A stretch of DNA of 64,000 nt from Felis catus (lineage: Eukaryota): contig NC_058368.1 in NCBI RefSeq assembly GCF_018350175.1, forward strand, positions 192,822,001 to 192,886,000, written 5' to 3'. The stretch's first letter is position 1. Every line of letters starts with the position of its first letter. The translations under genes and the position numbers were made by a program. Of this stretch, positions 1 through 12,229 are shown one piece after another. The notes under the pieces were generated by a model. The model saw nothing but the letters and a program-made list of their open reading frames with translations, was not told the DNA's origin and made no database searches.

Positions 1-1269
1 AGGTGGGCAACGTATTTTAAAAGTCAAGCTGAAAAATGTCTTAGTAGAAAAACTCCAGGTGACTGCAAAGTGCCTAACTGGTGATTTTCAAATGCAGGGC
101 CATCTGGGAGCCGGGTAGGAGAGTCCAGGAAACCCACAAACCCACCTGCCTGCAAACTGGGGTGGGTGCCTCATCCAGCTGTCATGCTCTCCTTGCATCT
201 CAATGCAAAATGATCTTTGGAGAGAGACACGCGAAACCAGGACATATGGGACTGTCTTTTGTAAAAGGAGGTTGTTCACTCTTCTCCTAGGAGGGTAATA
301 GCTTGGGAAATATGCATAAACCATTGCTGCTAGGATATAAACAGCATGAAATTATCCAAACTTGGAGCCATTAAAGATGCACATTGTGAATTTAGAATCA
401 AAACACTCTATAAATTTATAGCAAATCTGCACATTGAAAAATCAGTCTGCAGACTATAAAAGCAATTGTTGGTTTAAAGCTTTCGCAAATGCTCCTGACT
501 ACACTTTGTGGGTGGGCACGAGGGTGAGGGCAATGGATTTCTCTCAAGGAAGGTCTCGTCGGCATCAGGAAACAGGGCAGCTCTGAGGCACCTTCCACAG
601 GGGTGTCCCTTTCTTCTGAGGTCTGATGTTCTCCACTATTGTTCCTCCCATTTGTTCTGGAACTGATGTGGTCAAATTCTCCTTCATGAGTCTAAAGACT
701 ACCTGAGACCCTGCTGGTTCTCTCACATATGGGGGAGCAGGACAAAGAAATAAGGGACTGGACAAGTTACCATAAGGCTCCAAAACATCCCTTCTCAAAA
801 TATAAACACTGCCAACAAGGGAAGAACACGTAAGGTTTGGAAAACTCACTGAGAACACTTGCCCTTCAGAAATTATACTTGCTATCTTTCAGTGTTTCCC
901 TTAGAGAAGAGAGAAAAAAGTCTGCCCACCAAGGCTCCTCCCCTTCCCTGGAATGAGGTCAGAGAGGGAGCTGTGGGGGGCAGGAGGTCCCCTTGGCTGT
1001 CACTTCTGCCCATTGGAGGTCAGGAAGTTGACAGGTGGGCTTGCAATGTTTGGCTGTGGTTTCAGGCACTCCCTAAGAGCTGAGTGGGGGTCTGTACTGC
1101 TCAGACAAGGAATTAATTTCCTCTGGGGAAGGCTGAAACCAGTGTTTGTTTAGCCTTGTGCTAGAGAGACTAAAGGGTCATGGCAGAAAGCCAAAAAGCC
1201 CTTTAAATTGTCTCTGTCCCTCGGTATTCTAACATTTCCACCTCACTTTAAAAAGTGAGATTTGCCAAC

Positions 1270-1580
1270 CTATTATTTTGAACAATTTCAACAGAAAAGT
1301 TGTATGAATAATAAAAGGAACACCAGTATACCCTTCTCTTAGGTTTGCCACTTATTAGTATTTACCACATTTGCTCACCAACCTCTTTATACAGTTTTTG
1401 CTGAATCATGTGAAAGTAAATTGCAGACATCATGATGCTTGACCACTAAGTACTTCAGTACGCATTTCACAAGCAAAAGAACATTGTCCTATATAACCAC
1501 AATTCCATTACCACCTTGATATCAACTATTATCTAATATACACTCTGTATTCAAATTTTCCCACTGTCTCTCAAATTATT
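1270..1580 (-). mobile_element. Old L1 3' end fragment (L1MC4/5-like), left part
   Basis: Recalled L1MC 3' motifs (gaaagtaaattgcagacatcatga, ctatataaccacaat). The element resumes at ~2270-2360 (ccaggatccaatc...cctttaatctg). Confidence 0.7.
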
Positions 1581-1584
1581 TTTA

Positions 1585-2255
1585 TTAATTTTTTTAATTG
1601 GCACGAGTCACATAACATAAAATCCACCCTCTTAAATTGTACAACGTAGTAGTTTTTAGTAGTCTCACAAAATTGTGCAATCTTCACCACTAATTCTAGA
1701 CCATTCTCATCACCCCAAAAGGAAATTCTGTACCAGTATCAGCCACTCCCCATTTCTTCCTCCCCCCAGTCTTTGGGAACCACTAGTCTATGTTCTCTCT
1801 CTATGGATTTGCCTCTCCTGGACATTTCATATAAATGGAATCATGCAATAGGTGACCTTTTGTTTCTGGTTTCTTTCACTTAGCATAATGTTTCCAAGGT
1901 TCATTGTGTTGTAGCAGGTATCAGTCCCTCATTCCTTTCTACAGCCGAATGATATTCCACAGTACTACGGATAAACCAAATTTTGTGCATCCATTCATCA
2001 GTTGACAGACATCTCAGTTGTCTCCACCCTTTGTCTGCTACGAATAATGCTTCCATGAACATCCATGCACAAGTTTTTGTGTGGATGTATGTTTCAGCAA
2101 GGATTGGAATTGCTGGGTCACATGGCAACTGTGTTCAACCTTTTGAGGAACCTGGGCGCTGTTTTCCAAAGATACTGCATCATTTCACAGTCTCACCAGC
2201 AATGCATAAGGGTTCCAATTCCTCTACTTCCTCGCCAACACTTGTGACTGTCTGT
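1585..2255 (-). mobile_element. L1MB-like 3' end inserted into the L1MC fragment
   Basis: Antisense L1 3' sequence (atcaccccaaaag, ggacatttcatataaatggaatcat, ccattcatcagttga). Degenerate flanking repeat ctgtctc(t)caaa at ~1564 and ~2252. Confidence 0.85.
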
Positions 2256-2525
2256 CTCCAAAGTGCTTTTACAGTTATCTTTTCCTCAAACCAGGATCCA
2301 ATCGGGGATTCTGCCTTGTATTTACTTGTCATGTCTCTTCTGTTTTCCTTTAATCTGCACCTGCTCCCCAATCTCCTTTTGCATTTCCTGGTGTTGGCAA
2401 TAAAAGAATAAAAACAAAGTCTAGTCCAGAGAAGGTATTCCTCCCTGATCCTGGTGGATCATAAAGCATGTCCCTCTTGCTCACCGCATCAACAGCTTGG
2501 AAGCAGTCTCTGGTTGATAACTTCT

Positions 2526-2737
2526 TTTTTTTTTAACGTTTATTTATTTTTGAGACAGAGAGAGACAGAGCATGAACAGGGGAGGGTCAGAGAGAGAGGG
2601 AGACACAGAATCTGAAACAGGCTACAGGCTCTGAGCTGTCAGCACAGAGCCCGACACGGGGCTTGAACTCACAGACTGTGAGATCATGACCTGAGCCGAA
2701 GTCGGACGCTCAACCGACTGAGCCACCCAGGCACCCC
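2526..2737 (-). mobile_element. Can-SINE (SINEC, feliform type)
   Basis: Full tRNA-derived head, (CT)n region and poly(A) in antisense. 17 bp TSD tctggttgat(a/g)acttct at 2509-2525 and 2738-2754. Confidence 0.97.
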
Positions 2738-3569
2738 TCTGGTTGATGACTTCTAAGAGTTCTTGGTCAGAGCCCAGCTTAGTGCCAAGCAAAATGATCT
2801 CGTGCCTCTTAACTAGGAAATGCTTCTCAACAACTTAAGGCCTCCATTTGGCATCAGCGGCCATTTCAGGGGAGGGCAGCAGGTGAGGCTGAGGTGGAAG
2901 GGAGTGCATCTGAGGGGCACTGCAGAATCTGGGTTTCTGTGTTGAAAGTGGCCCTCCAGGATACTTGGCCGGCGGGCTGTCTTGACTGCCGGAGTTAACT
3001 GGGGGCACTGAACTGTAACAGGGGACGGCATTGCAGAGTGATACCCACCAGCTTCCCGACAGTAATGAGCTCTGCCATGTATCACATCTCAGACCGGAGC
3101 TAATTAAATTCTCCACAGCTTCTCCAAGAGCAATGAAGCCTTGAAGCACTGAGTGGCGGGTGGCAGGATCAGGGATCCTGGGACTTACTCCTGGCTTAGC
3201 CACAGATTGCCTGCATGATACGAGGCAGGTAAATCAACCTCTCTGGGCCCCTCCCTAATCCATAACATGGGGGGAGAGGAACACATGGGAGGTGTCTTTA
3301 AACGCTGGGAGTCTCTCATTCTAGGCACGATACTGACAGTCACTCAGATGTATTCTCGCCAAAAGGTAATCATAGCAAGAGGAGCTAATGCGATAGAGCT
3401 ACAGCCTAGGACATTACAATAGTGCCAGTGACTCACGGGAACTCTCTCTCCACGTTCATGTAGCACCTACGGCTCTTCCACAGATGTCAGCTCGCTTGTC
3501 CCCACATGGGGTAGAAAGCGAACAAGTGATCACGCCCATCTTGCAGAAGAAGGTTTGCAGATCTGAGGT

Positions 3570-3780
3570 GAATCCACTCATTCTTGAATCGTCATGAAGC
3601 ATCCACTGTGTGTCAGGTGCTATGTCCTAGGCCCGGGGGACACGGCGGTGAGCTAGATAGGTCGGACTGGGTGGGGAGGATAATTAAATGAGCTACAACA
3701 ACAAAATGTGAACGCTGGTAAACTGAGGAAACTGCAGGAAGTCCACGCAGGGGCGTCTAACCTGGGCTAGTGGTTGGTCT
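3570..3780 (-). mobile_element. L2 3' fragment
   Basis: Antisense L2 tail pattern (cactcattc...cactgtgtgtcaggtgct...gggacacggcggtgag). Confidence 0.6.
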
Positions 3781-3832
3781 CAGGTTCACAGATCATGTGA
3801 CTCCTAGTCCTAGTCCAGGGCTCTTCCTGGTC

Positions 3833-4055
3833 TTTTTTTTTTTTTTTTTAATGTTTATTTATTTTTGACAGAGAGAGAGGGAGACAGAGCATGAGCAGGG
3901 AGGGGCAGAGAGAGGGGGAGCCACAGAATCCGAAACAGGCTCCAGGCTCTGAGCTGTCAGCACAGAGCCCGACACGAGGCTCAAACTCACAAACCGTGAG
4001 ATCATGACCTGAGCTGAAGTCGGATGCTCCACAGACTGAGCCACCCAGGCGCCCC
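3833..4055 (-). mobile_element. Can-SINE (SINEC)
   Basis: Complete antisense SINE ending ccacccaggcgcccc. Degenerate TSD cttcc(t/c)ggtc. Confidence 0.97.
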
Positions 4056-4459
4056 ACTTCCCGGTCGTTTAAGGTGGAGCAGATATGCTTCAGGTAGTGG
4101 GAATAAAACTCTCAGCTGGGGCCAACTTGGCTGGTGGAAGAAAGGCAGCGGGACACTTTTTCCCTTGGTGCTTAACACAGAGCTGCTGAACAAATGAGCT
4201 CCAGTGCCCAAGGGCCTCATCTCCTAAAGGGACAAGAAATCAGGGCAAAGCTGCTAAGGGATATTGGGTTTGGGGTAAACTCTCTGAGGTCCTTGGCTTC
4301 ACCAACTGCATGCAGTGCTGTCAGGGCCAAGGGCCAGGTCCCCCTCTTTCTGGGCCTCAGTTTCCCAGTCTCCCCACCTGCAAGGCTGAACTAATGCTTG
4401 CTCTTTTGTTCCAATCTACTTACGAGCCTTCAAAACTGTCTCTCTTCCTTTCTCCATCA

Positions 4460-5360
4460 AAAGACAAAGACAAAGCATGAATTGATGCGTTTCAATGGCA
4501 TCAAATAAAATGAAATTAATGGTGTCAGGAATCTTTATTGACCTCTGAAGTCAAATTCTTGCAGGCTGATTGGCTGGACACAGCTGTTTAATAACCAGTA
4601 CCCCCCCCCACCCCGCCCTGCTTCCACACCACCTCACACTCTTTGCAGTAATCGGGCCATCCCATAACTCTTCCCATGAGAAGGAGAAGAGAGAGAATGG
4701 CCGGTGTCTACACTTTCTGCAAAGGCTGGTTCATAAAGCAATATTTATACATTCCCTTTAACCTGACATTGCATAAGATCTATTACCAGTTAATTAAATT
4801 GTAACCGTTTTATACACTGACTTCTGGTTGTGATCAGCATCTAAATTTACAGATCCACAAGTCTGCATCGACTTGCGTGAAGAAGCTAAATAATATTCAC
4901 TTAAAAGAGCATTAAATTGTGCAGAACCATCATGAACAGTCAATAAACGCTTCATGTTAAACAGAATTTAAAGAGATGGTATTTGCTACTTTACTCCCTC
5001 GAGAAACATATGCCTTTAAAAGTTATTTCCTACCCCCTGAATTCCCCGTGACTACAGGGGTTTTGACAATTTTCTGATTTGTTTAAAACGAGCGATTATA
5101 AAACTTCGTTAGAGGCACTGCATTCATCTAAAAAGGGGGTGCATCCTGGATCCTGCCGCTGTCATAAAGGGAAAAGAGACAGGAGACTAATTAAGTAACA
5201 AAGCCTCAGCCAGAAACCTCCTTTCTAGAGGCATAATCTCCTTTGCCAGGCACAGGGCAGATGACTGGGTGCACGCTCCCTCCTCGGCCTAATCCTCCCT
5301 CCTCAGCAAGAAGCATCAGACAGTGTCTGGAATAATAATGTAATTACGGACAGCTCAAAC
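4460..5360. promoter_or_regulatory. Candidate conserved non-coding element / developmental enhancer
   Basis: No repeat recognised; AT-rich and motif-dense: TTTATTG 4534, TGATTGGCT 4567, CAGCTG 4581, TTAATTAA 4790, GTCAATAAA 4939, TGTCATAAA 5160, CTAATTAAG 5187. Conservation not tested. Confidence 0.5.
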
Positions 5361-5623
5361 ACCTCATCCATGAAGGACAAGAATTTGGAGTCTTTCAAAT
5401 ATGGGAAGGAAAATCAAAGGCACCAAAGGGTGGCTCTTTTTGGGGGGACCGAGGGCATTAGAACGGTCTCTCTCAAGTCTTCCCCCCCCCCATTAAAGTA
5501 CACATGCTGCTCAGAAGGAAAAGTAATTGCTTTTGACCAAGATATGATGGTTACTCAGGTCAAAATGGTCTCTGCACTCACTCAAAACACAACCCTCAAA
5601 ACCTCAAGTATCCTTCTTTCCTT

Positions 5624-5649
5624 AAAAAAAAAAAAAAAAAAAAAAAAAA
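5624..5649 (+). repeat. A26 homopolymer
   Basis: Read directly from the sequence. Confidence 0.95.
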
Positions 5650-6219
5650 GCCAAATTTTGTTTGTTGGTTTGTTTCTTTTCTCCCATCACGTTTCTTTCT
5701 TCAGTCTAGATTATGAAGTTCTCACTGTTTGGAAAGAAAAGACGCAGGATCCATGGGAAGGGATTGCATTTTGTGGATTTTATATTCTCTGGATTTAGCA
5801 CAGGGATTGCTATACAGAAGATGCTAAATAAATGTTTGCTGATTGGCATCAGGTGTACCTCATGTCGTTTAAGTTAAATCTAACTGTGTTCTTTTCAGTT
5901 TGGAAGAATAGCATCCTGTGGCATATTTTGAGTCCAGGGGCCCACGGCGTACGTGTAGATGTTGTAAAAGCCAAAAGCCAAACGCCACAGTCCAGAGCCG
6001 TGATTTTCACACGGCATTCCACAGAGGCTTATGGGTTCAACAGAGGTGACTCAGGGGTTGTGTTGGGGAGGGAAGCGGGTGGAGGCTGCTGGGCTGCCAA
6101 CCCCATCCCGTGTCTATTTCAATAAAAACCCCTCATGTCTACCTGTTTTCTGTGCTAGGCTTTCCCATAAAACATCCTTTGAAGAAAAATGTCCTACAAC
6201 TGGACTTTCACATAGTCTC

Positions 6220-6775
6220 AAAGTTATCTCCCTACAAGATACTTACTAATTGCACAGGGGAAAATAGTAACTGTATGCTGGAGAACCATGGCATACATCA
6301 TCCGAACACTGCCGGTAATAACTCGCCATGTATCTCTGACGTGATGAGCTGAGAAGGGCACATCACCTCTGTGGTGTTCTTGCCCAAATGCATCAAACGA
6401 ATTATGAGAAACATCACACAAACCCAAATTGGGGGACATTCTACAAAATAACGGGTTGCTCTTTTCAAAGCGTCAAGGTCATGAAACACACAAGCCTGAA
6501 GAAACGTCACAAATTGGAGGACACTGAGGAGACATGACAACTAAATGTAATGTGGGATCCTGGAACAGAAAAAACAAAGACTAGTGGGGAAAAAAAATGG
6601 CAAGGTTCAAATAAGGTCTGTGGATCGATTAATAATGTCGCTTCATGGTCTAGATAATTGTATTATGGTTGTATTAGATGTTAACATTAGGGGAATCTGG
6701 GTGAAGGGTACAAAGGAATACTTTTGCACCATTTTTTGTAAATCTAAACTGATTTCAAAATAAAAAGAAAAAAAA
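6220..6775 (+). mobile_element. L1MC4/5-like 3' end
   Basis: aaacccaaattgggggacattctacaaaataac, gtcaaggtcatgaaa, gacaactaaatgtaatgtgggatcctgg, then aataaa and an A-rich tail. Confidence 0.85.
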
Positions 6776-8099
6776 AGTTTCTGAACTAAATGAAGTTTTA
6801 AAAAATCACCATCTGAGAGAAATATAATTGGAATTTTGGATTGATCTTCAAATATGAAAAAAAGTATATAGAGAAATAACAGAACCCCTGTCGTGCCAAG
6901 TCTGATTTAGGTATATGTGTGAATTTTAATGCTATTCGTTTTAAAAAGCTTGACTATCTAGCTTTTCCTGGCAATGCTCAGTTATTCCCTAGAATAAAGT
7001 AAAGACCAAGTAGTGATGGAGAATAGCTCAAGACAATATACACTTAGGAAGGGAAAAAAAAAAACAAAAAAAACATTGCAGCTTGGACACGTTGGTGAAA
7101 GGATACAGGGATGGGAGGGGAGCAAAAGGTAGAATCTGCCTAGTAACCGAATCGACTCAGGTTTCATCTATAAAATTCATAAGAATTTTGCATTCTACCC
7201 CATAATGTACTTATGGTTATTTTCATATAAACATTACAGTTATTGGCCCACCCCTGAATGATGTCCAGAAAAGAAGAGCCATGTTTATGCTGTGGATTCT
7301 CATACCTACTGGTATATATCCTAACTTCAGAGAAGCATGATGTTTAAATGGCTTAGGAAATGTTTATTTATATTCCTCATATCAGTGCATTCTGTTAGTA
7401 CAAAGAAGTGCTTCAAGAAAGTTTTTTTTTTGCTTTTTTTTTTTTTTTAACAGATTTATATCTTAAAAACACAAATGCAGAATCCCACTCATCCAGAAAA
7501 CCTCACTCCCTAATGATGTCAGATAAATGAAGCATTGCTCTACTAGGAAGTTGTGTTAAGACCTCAGGAAATTGGCATTGTACATATATTAGTTATGCAT
7601 GGGAAAAATCAAGCCTGCCCTTTCTTTTTCTATTTTGAAAAGTGTGGGTTTGGCAAATGTCCCAACGGTTCTTTTATTTTTTTTTTTTAAAGAGAATATC
7701 TGAACTGCTGATAACAGATTACCTGTTTTTGAAGTGGTGTTAAAATTCTGCATTTGGCCCTTCTTTCTTGGAAAGCCAGGATCCTGGTTAAGGGTGTTTT
7801 TCAGTCCCTACGACACTTAACACTGAAATATCTCTTGTCTTAAATATAAAAGCAGGCAATTGCCTTCTCAGTCTTCGTTCCTTTGTTTTTCTAGAACCTA
7901 CACCTAGATCTTGGGGAACCTGCCTTCTTCCAGCATCAGTTCATGAGGTCTGGGGGTGGGGCTGGCTTCTCTCTCAGTTCCACAAGTAGAGACCTGACCT
8001 ATACAAAGAGTATGGTACCTTCCTGATCTCTGTAAAAGGCTTACAGACAAGGGCATGGCCCAGAGTGGACACAGAGATCGGCTCAGTGACTTTGATTAC

Positions 8100-8387
8100 A
8101 AAGATCAGAAAAGAGCCTTTCTCTCTCTGCTGGAGCTGCCAAGCTGGAGGAAGGAAGCCTAGAGATGCTGGCGGCCTCTCGCCACCACGAGGGGGAGAGC
8201 CAGCCAGAGGAGAAGCAACCAGTCCCAAGCAGAGATTACTGAAGGCTTCTCAGCCCCAGGAGCCAGCCATGCCTGAAGGCAGTACTTTCCCCATCCTTCT
8301 ACTTACATACTCCAGTTAAGTCCCTTTTTTGCTTAAGCCCGTTTGAGATTAGTTTCTGTCACTTATGACTGAAAAAGTCCTAATACA
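8100..8387 (+). mobile_element. Ancient MaLR LTR (MLT1J/K-like), 3' part
   Basis: ccagccatgcctgaag, tttttgcttaagccc, gtttctgtcactt, terminal aataca. Confidence 0.65.
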
Positions 8388-8529
8388 AACATCTTTTTTT
8401 TAAAAAAATAGGGAATATTAGGAAGCCTAAGATGAAGTGGGGCTTTCTAACCTCCAAGATCCAGGGTCAGACAATTCTACTCAGATAAACATATAGTCAT
8501 AAGGGCAAGAAAGCGTAAAGAAGTCAAAA

Positions 8530-8740
8530 GATATTGGTTTTGAAGTTCAGCAAATGAGATTCAAAACGGACTCTGTAACTGACCAGATAAACAGCCCTGG
8601 GCAACTGCTAACCCTCTCTGAGCTTCCATTTCTACATGTCTAAAATGGGAGTGATAACTTCACAACGTTGGTAGAAAAACCCAAGAGATAGTGCATGACA
8701 CCGTGAAGGAAGCACTGCCCAGTCAAACAGCGTTCTTTCT
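8530..8740 (+). mobile_element. MIR
   Basis: MIR core (ctgggcaact..aaccctctctgagctt...taaaatggg). Confidence 0.7.
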
Positions 8741-9121
8741 TTCCTTCGCCAGGGCACAGATAAGGTGACCGGGGAAGATGGGAGCATCTGGGTTCAGGAG
8801 ACGGCTGCTGATGCCCATGCAGAAATGCTGACATCAGAATCACTTGTGGTCAACTACGAAACAAGGAGGAATCAAGCCGTCCAGTCCAAACAGCGTGACA
8901 GTGTTTGAAGACAAATATGTGAACCCGGTATCTGACTATAAAGTGTGTCACAAACACTTCTCACTGTTTGGCCTTAAACATCAAAGAATACAATTACATA
9001 ATTCTTTAAGCCTGCAGTTGTTTTGTATGGTTTTCTGTATCCTGGATTTTGTTTTATGATGGAAAGATTGGTTTTCAAAGATAGGGACAGGAGGGAGAAA
9101 AGAAAGGCTCACTTTCATTCT

Positions 9122-9407
9122 TTCTTTTTTTTAGTGTTTGTTTATTTTTCTTTTTTTTTTTATATATTTTTTAAAATTTTTTTTTTCAACGTTTATTTAT
9201 TTTTGGGACAGAGAGAGACAGAGCATGAATGGGGGAGGGGCAGAGAGAGAGGGAGATACAGAATCGGAAACAGGCTCCAGGCTCTGAGCCATCAGCCCAG
9301 AGCCCGACGCGGGGCTCGAACTCACGGACTGCGAGATCGTGACCTGGCTGAAGTCGGACGCTTAACCGACTGCGCCACCCAGGCGCCCCAAGTGTTCGTT
9401 TATTTTT

Positions 9408-9438
<31 letters not shown>

Positions 9439-9604
9439 TACAAGCGAGGGAGGGGCAGAGAGAAAGGGAGACACAGAATCCAAAGCAGGCTCCAGGCCCT
9501 GAGCTGTCAGCACAGAGCCTGACATGGGGCTTGAAATCACAAACCATGAGATCATGACCTGAGCCAAAGTAGGACACTCAACCGACTGAGCCATCCAGGC
9601 ACCA
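9122..9604 (-). mobile_element. Older Can-SINE, interrupted in its tail by a young SINE
   Basis: Body at 9391-9604 and tail remnant at 9122-9149. Degenerate TSD aggctc(ac/ta)tttc. Confidence 0.93.
9150..9389 (-). mobile_element. Young felid Can-SINE (SINEC_Fc-type), nested
   Basis: Diagnostic tgcgccacccagg, ccatcagcccag, ttttgggacag. TSD agtgtt(t/c)gtttattttt at 9133-9149 and 9391-9407. Confidence 0.96.
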
Positions 9605-9649
9605 CAGATAGGCTCTATTTCTATCCCTGTCCTGGACATGTCTTGTGTC

Positions 9650-9850
9650 GAGACAGGGATCATAGAAAGGGTGTATTCCAGATAGAGGGCACAGCCCAAG
9701 CAAAGGCAAGTGGAAAAGAGGAGATGCGTGGCACATTCCGGCAACAGCAAGTGGTCCTATTTGGCTACCCAATGGCTCCACGCAGAGAACGGTAAGAAAT
9801 TAAAACTAGAAAAGTAAGTTGAGGGCATACTGTGAAAGTCTCATTCATTA
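9650..9850 (-). mobile_element. L2 fragment
   Basis: tattccagatagagggcacagcccaagcaaaggc matches antisense L2. Confidence 0.6.
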
Positions 9851-9939
9851 TGCCTGTAGAAGATGTTAATAACTCAGAACAGAAAGGGTAAATGTTTCTA
9901 AAAAAGGATTGATACCTGGATTAAGTCACTCCAGTGATC

Positions 9940-10260
9940 ATTTCTCACCCCAACCCCTTCTCCCTTCCTAAAAGAACTCTGATTTTGTCCAGTTATCCAT
10001 CCTACAGATTTCTGTGCCTACATGTAATGTCTGGAACTACAGCAGCCATCTGGGGGCAATGAGGAACTTTAACATGGGAGAACATGCTTGAGTATGGCAG
10101 AGCCAAAAGACGGCAGGAATACAAATCTCAGATCGTGTTGCTGAGCCACAGAATTACTTAATCCCACAGGTGCCCTTCTGCCAGGGTTCTTGTTATGTGA
10201 GCTAATAGATCTTTGTATCATTTAAATGACTGGGTCTTCCATTACTTGCAGCCCAAAGTA
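9940..10260 (+). mobile_element. Ancient MaLR LTR (MLT1I/J-like)
   Basis: ctggaactacagcagccatct, atggcagagc, cttgttatgtgag, ttacttgcagcc. Confidence 0.65.
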
Positions 10261-11299
10261 GCCAAAGTTATAAATGGGTTTTAAGGGAAAATAATTTAAA
10301 AAGCTCCCCTAGGCACTGATAGGTAAGACTCCAAAAAATGCCTTTAAAAAGGCCCCATGCCCTCAGTGGTCCAGAGGACTTATGACCCAACTGCTGCCCT
10401 GAACAATCGCCCACTTTGTAGAAACACACAGAAGGTTCTAGCAGCCAGCTTAAGTTTACCACTTAATCACACAACTCTGGCTGGTGTCAAGCTCTTCAAG
10501 GAGTTGATCCCAGGGAACGGGGAGAAAAATGAAAAGGAAATAAAATTGAACAGTTGCCTGCAGAGAACACCAGCTGCGCGTGATTGATTTCCATGTAATC
10601 TCCATTTGTCTCCCTGAAATTTTTTCATCAGATCTCTGGCACAGGGTCACAGAGAGGCACGAGGCTGCCCATGCCCAGAGTGTGGTCAAGAAAAAAGCCT
10701 TCCCTTATGTGCCCCTGAAGGCCAAGGAAGCAAGACAGGTGACCCCGGGAAAAGCGCGAGAGAGAAGCTTTTCCTCCCCTCACCCCACGGCAACACTCAG
10801 GCCACAGGCCACCGCAACCAAGGTGGAAGGTTGGTCTGTTGGCTGCTCTATGAGAAATCCCACCCCTCAGGCTGGTGAGCTTCTGAGATCTGCAGAGAGG
10901 ACGCCTGCCCTGCGTGTCCATTCATCAACTGCTCAGGGCAGTGTCTTGGCCCAAACAACAGTTGGGATGTAGGGTTCCTCCATTGACCCATCATTCCTGA
11001 AAACCCCACAGGGAAACAGATTTCTCTGGGGAGGGGGCTGGACTTGGGGTCACCGGTAGTGGGAAAAGAATGAGAAGGAATAGAAGAGGATGGGAGGGCA
11101 GGGTGGACTGCATCCTGTTATCGTTTCAAAGTGCCACTCTTGTCACTTGTTTAGTGCTCTTTGCCTGGGGCTGAGTGTCCTCTACACCTGTACTGGAGCG
11201 TGCACTCACATGCCTGGCGTGTTTGTGCCCACTGGAGTGGGGCCGTAAGCTCAAATGGAAGAGAGACAGCACCCACCACTCGGGGGTGCTTGAGGCTAG

Positions 11300-11432
11300 C
11301 TCCCGGTACAACAGCATCAGCAGCTCCCTGAAATGCAACTTCTCAGGCCCCACTGTAGGCCTAAGGATCACTATTCTGGGGTGGGTCCCAGACATCTGTT
11401 TTAACAAGCTTTCCAGGTGACTTCCATGCACA
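11300..11432. mobile_element. MER5A-like hAT-Charlie MITE fragment
   Basis: cagcatcagca..gaaatgcaacttctcaggcccc..ggggtgggtcccag..ctgttttaacaagc..ccaggtga. Confidence 0.75.
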
Positions 11433-11834
11433 TGTGGACAAGACTGACCACCTCATTACGTAGGAGGGTAAAGGGACCTAAAGTGACTTACTTACTTAGG
11501 ATCGATCATGTGGCTGGAAACCAGTAGAGGCTAACCTGCAGGCTGGGTCTGAGCCCCCCCTCCTCCATCTAGTGCCCCTCCCACTGCATCAGAAATCGAA
11601 GCAAAGCTGCAAAGCCACGGAGCTACTGAGAGCGATTTCAAAACCATCCATAACCAGTTTTAGTATTGCTGCATACATCCTAGCAACTTATCTGAGCCCC
11701 AAACAGTTCTGTTCTTAATATGGAACGATAAGACCAGGGCACCCTCTCCCCTTCTGACTCCTCTACATGGCCGACACTAGAGCAAAGTTTTGTCCACATT
11801 TACCTAGTGACCAAAGCCAGAAACCCCAGCAACC

Positions 11835-12085
11835 GCGGAGCAGTGCAGTTCAAAGCAGGAGTTTAGGAAGCAAACTGCTTGGGTTCAAACCCCAGCTCCT
11901 TGACTTGTTCTCTTTGTTACAGTGGGCAGGTTGTGACCTTTCTGAGCCAATTTTCTCAGCTGTGACTCGAGGACAGCAAGTTTACAGAGATGGCGCCTGT
12001 CTTGGGGATTAAAATGAGATAACCCACGCCGGGTGCTCAGCGCTGTGCCTGGTACACAGGTTAAGTGCGCAGCACACATCAGCTG
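11835..12085 (+). mobile_element. MIR
   Basis: gggttcaaaccccagctc, ggggattaaaatgagataa, gtgcctggtacacag. Confidence 0.8.
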
Positions 12086-12229
12086 TCACTACCAGCCTCC
12101 ATGTCCCCTTGCCCCTTCCTCCCTATGTCCTACTGGTGACCTAGTCATGCTGACTCTTGCCTCTCCGACTGCTCCCACATCTGGCCTCTTTTCTTTGGCT
12201 TTGTATACCCATACCCATTGCCACGGTGG

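Noticed and set aside
9023..9750. Recurrent ORFs such as GAPGWRSRLSVRLQ and MAQSVERPT (also at 3.9, 23, 26.7, 48.4 and 59.7 kb)
   Set aside because: These are translations of Can-SINE copies, not a gene family.
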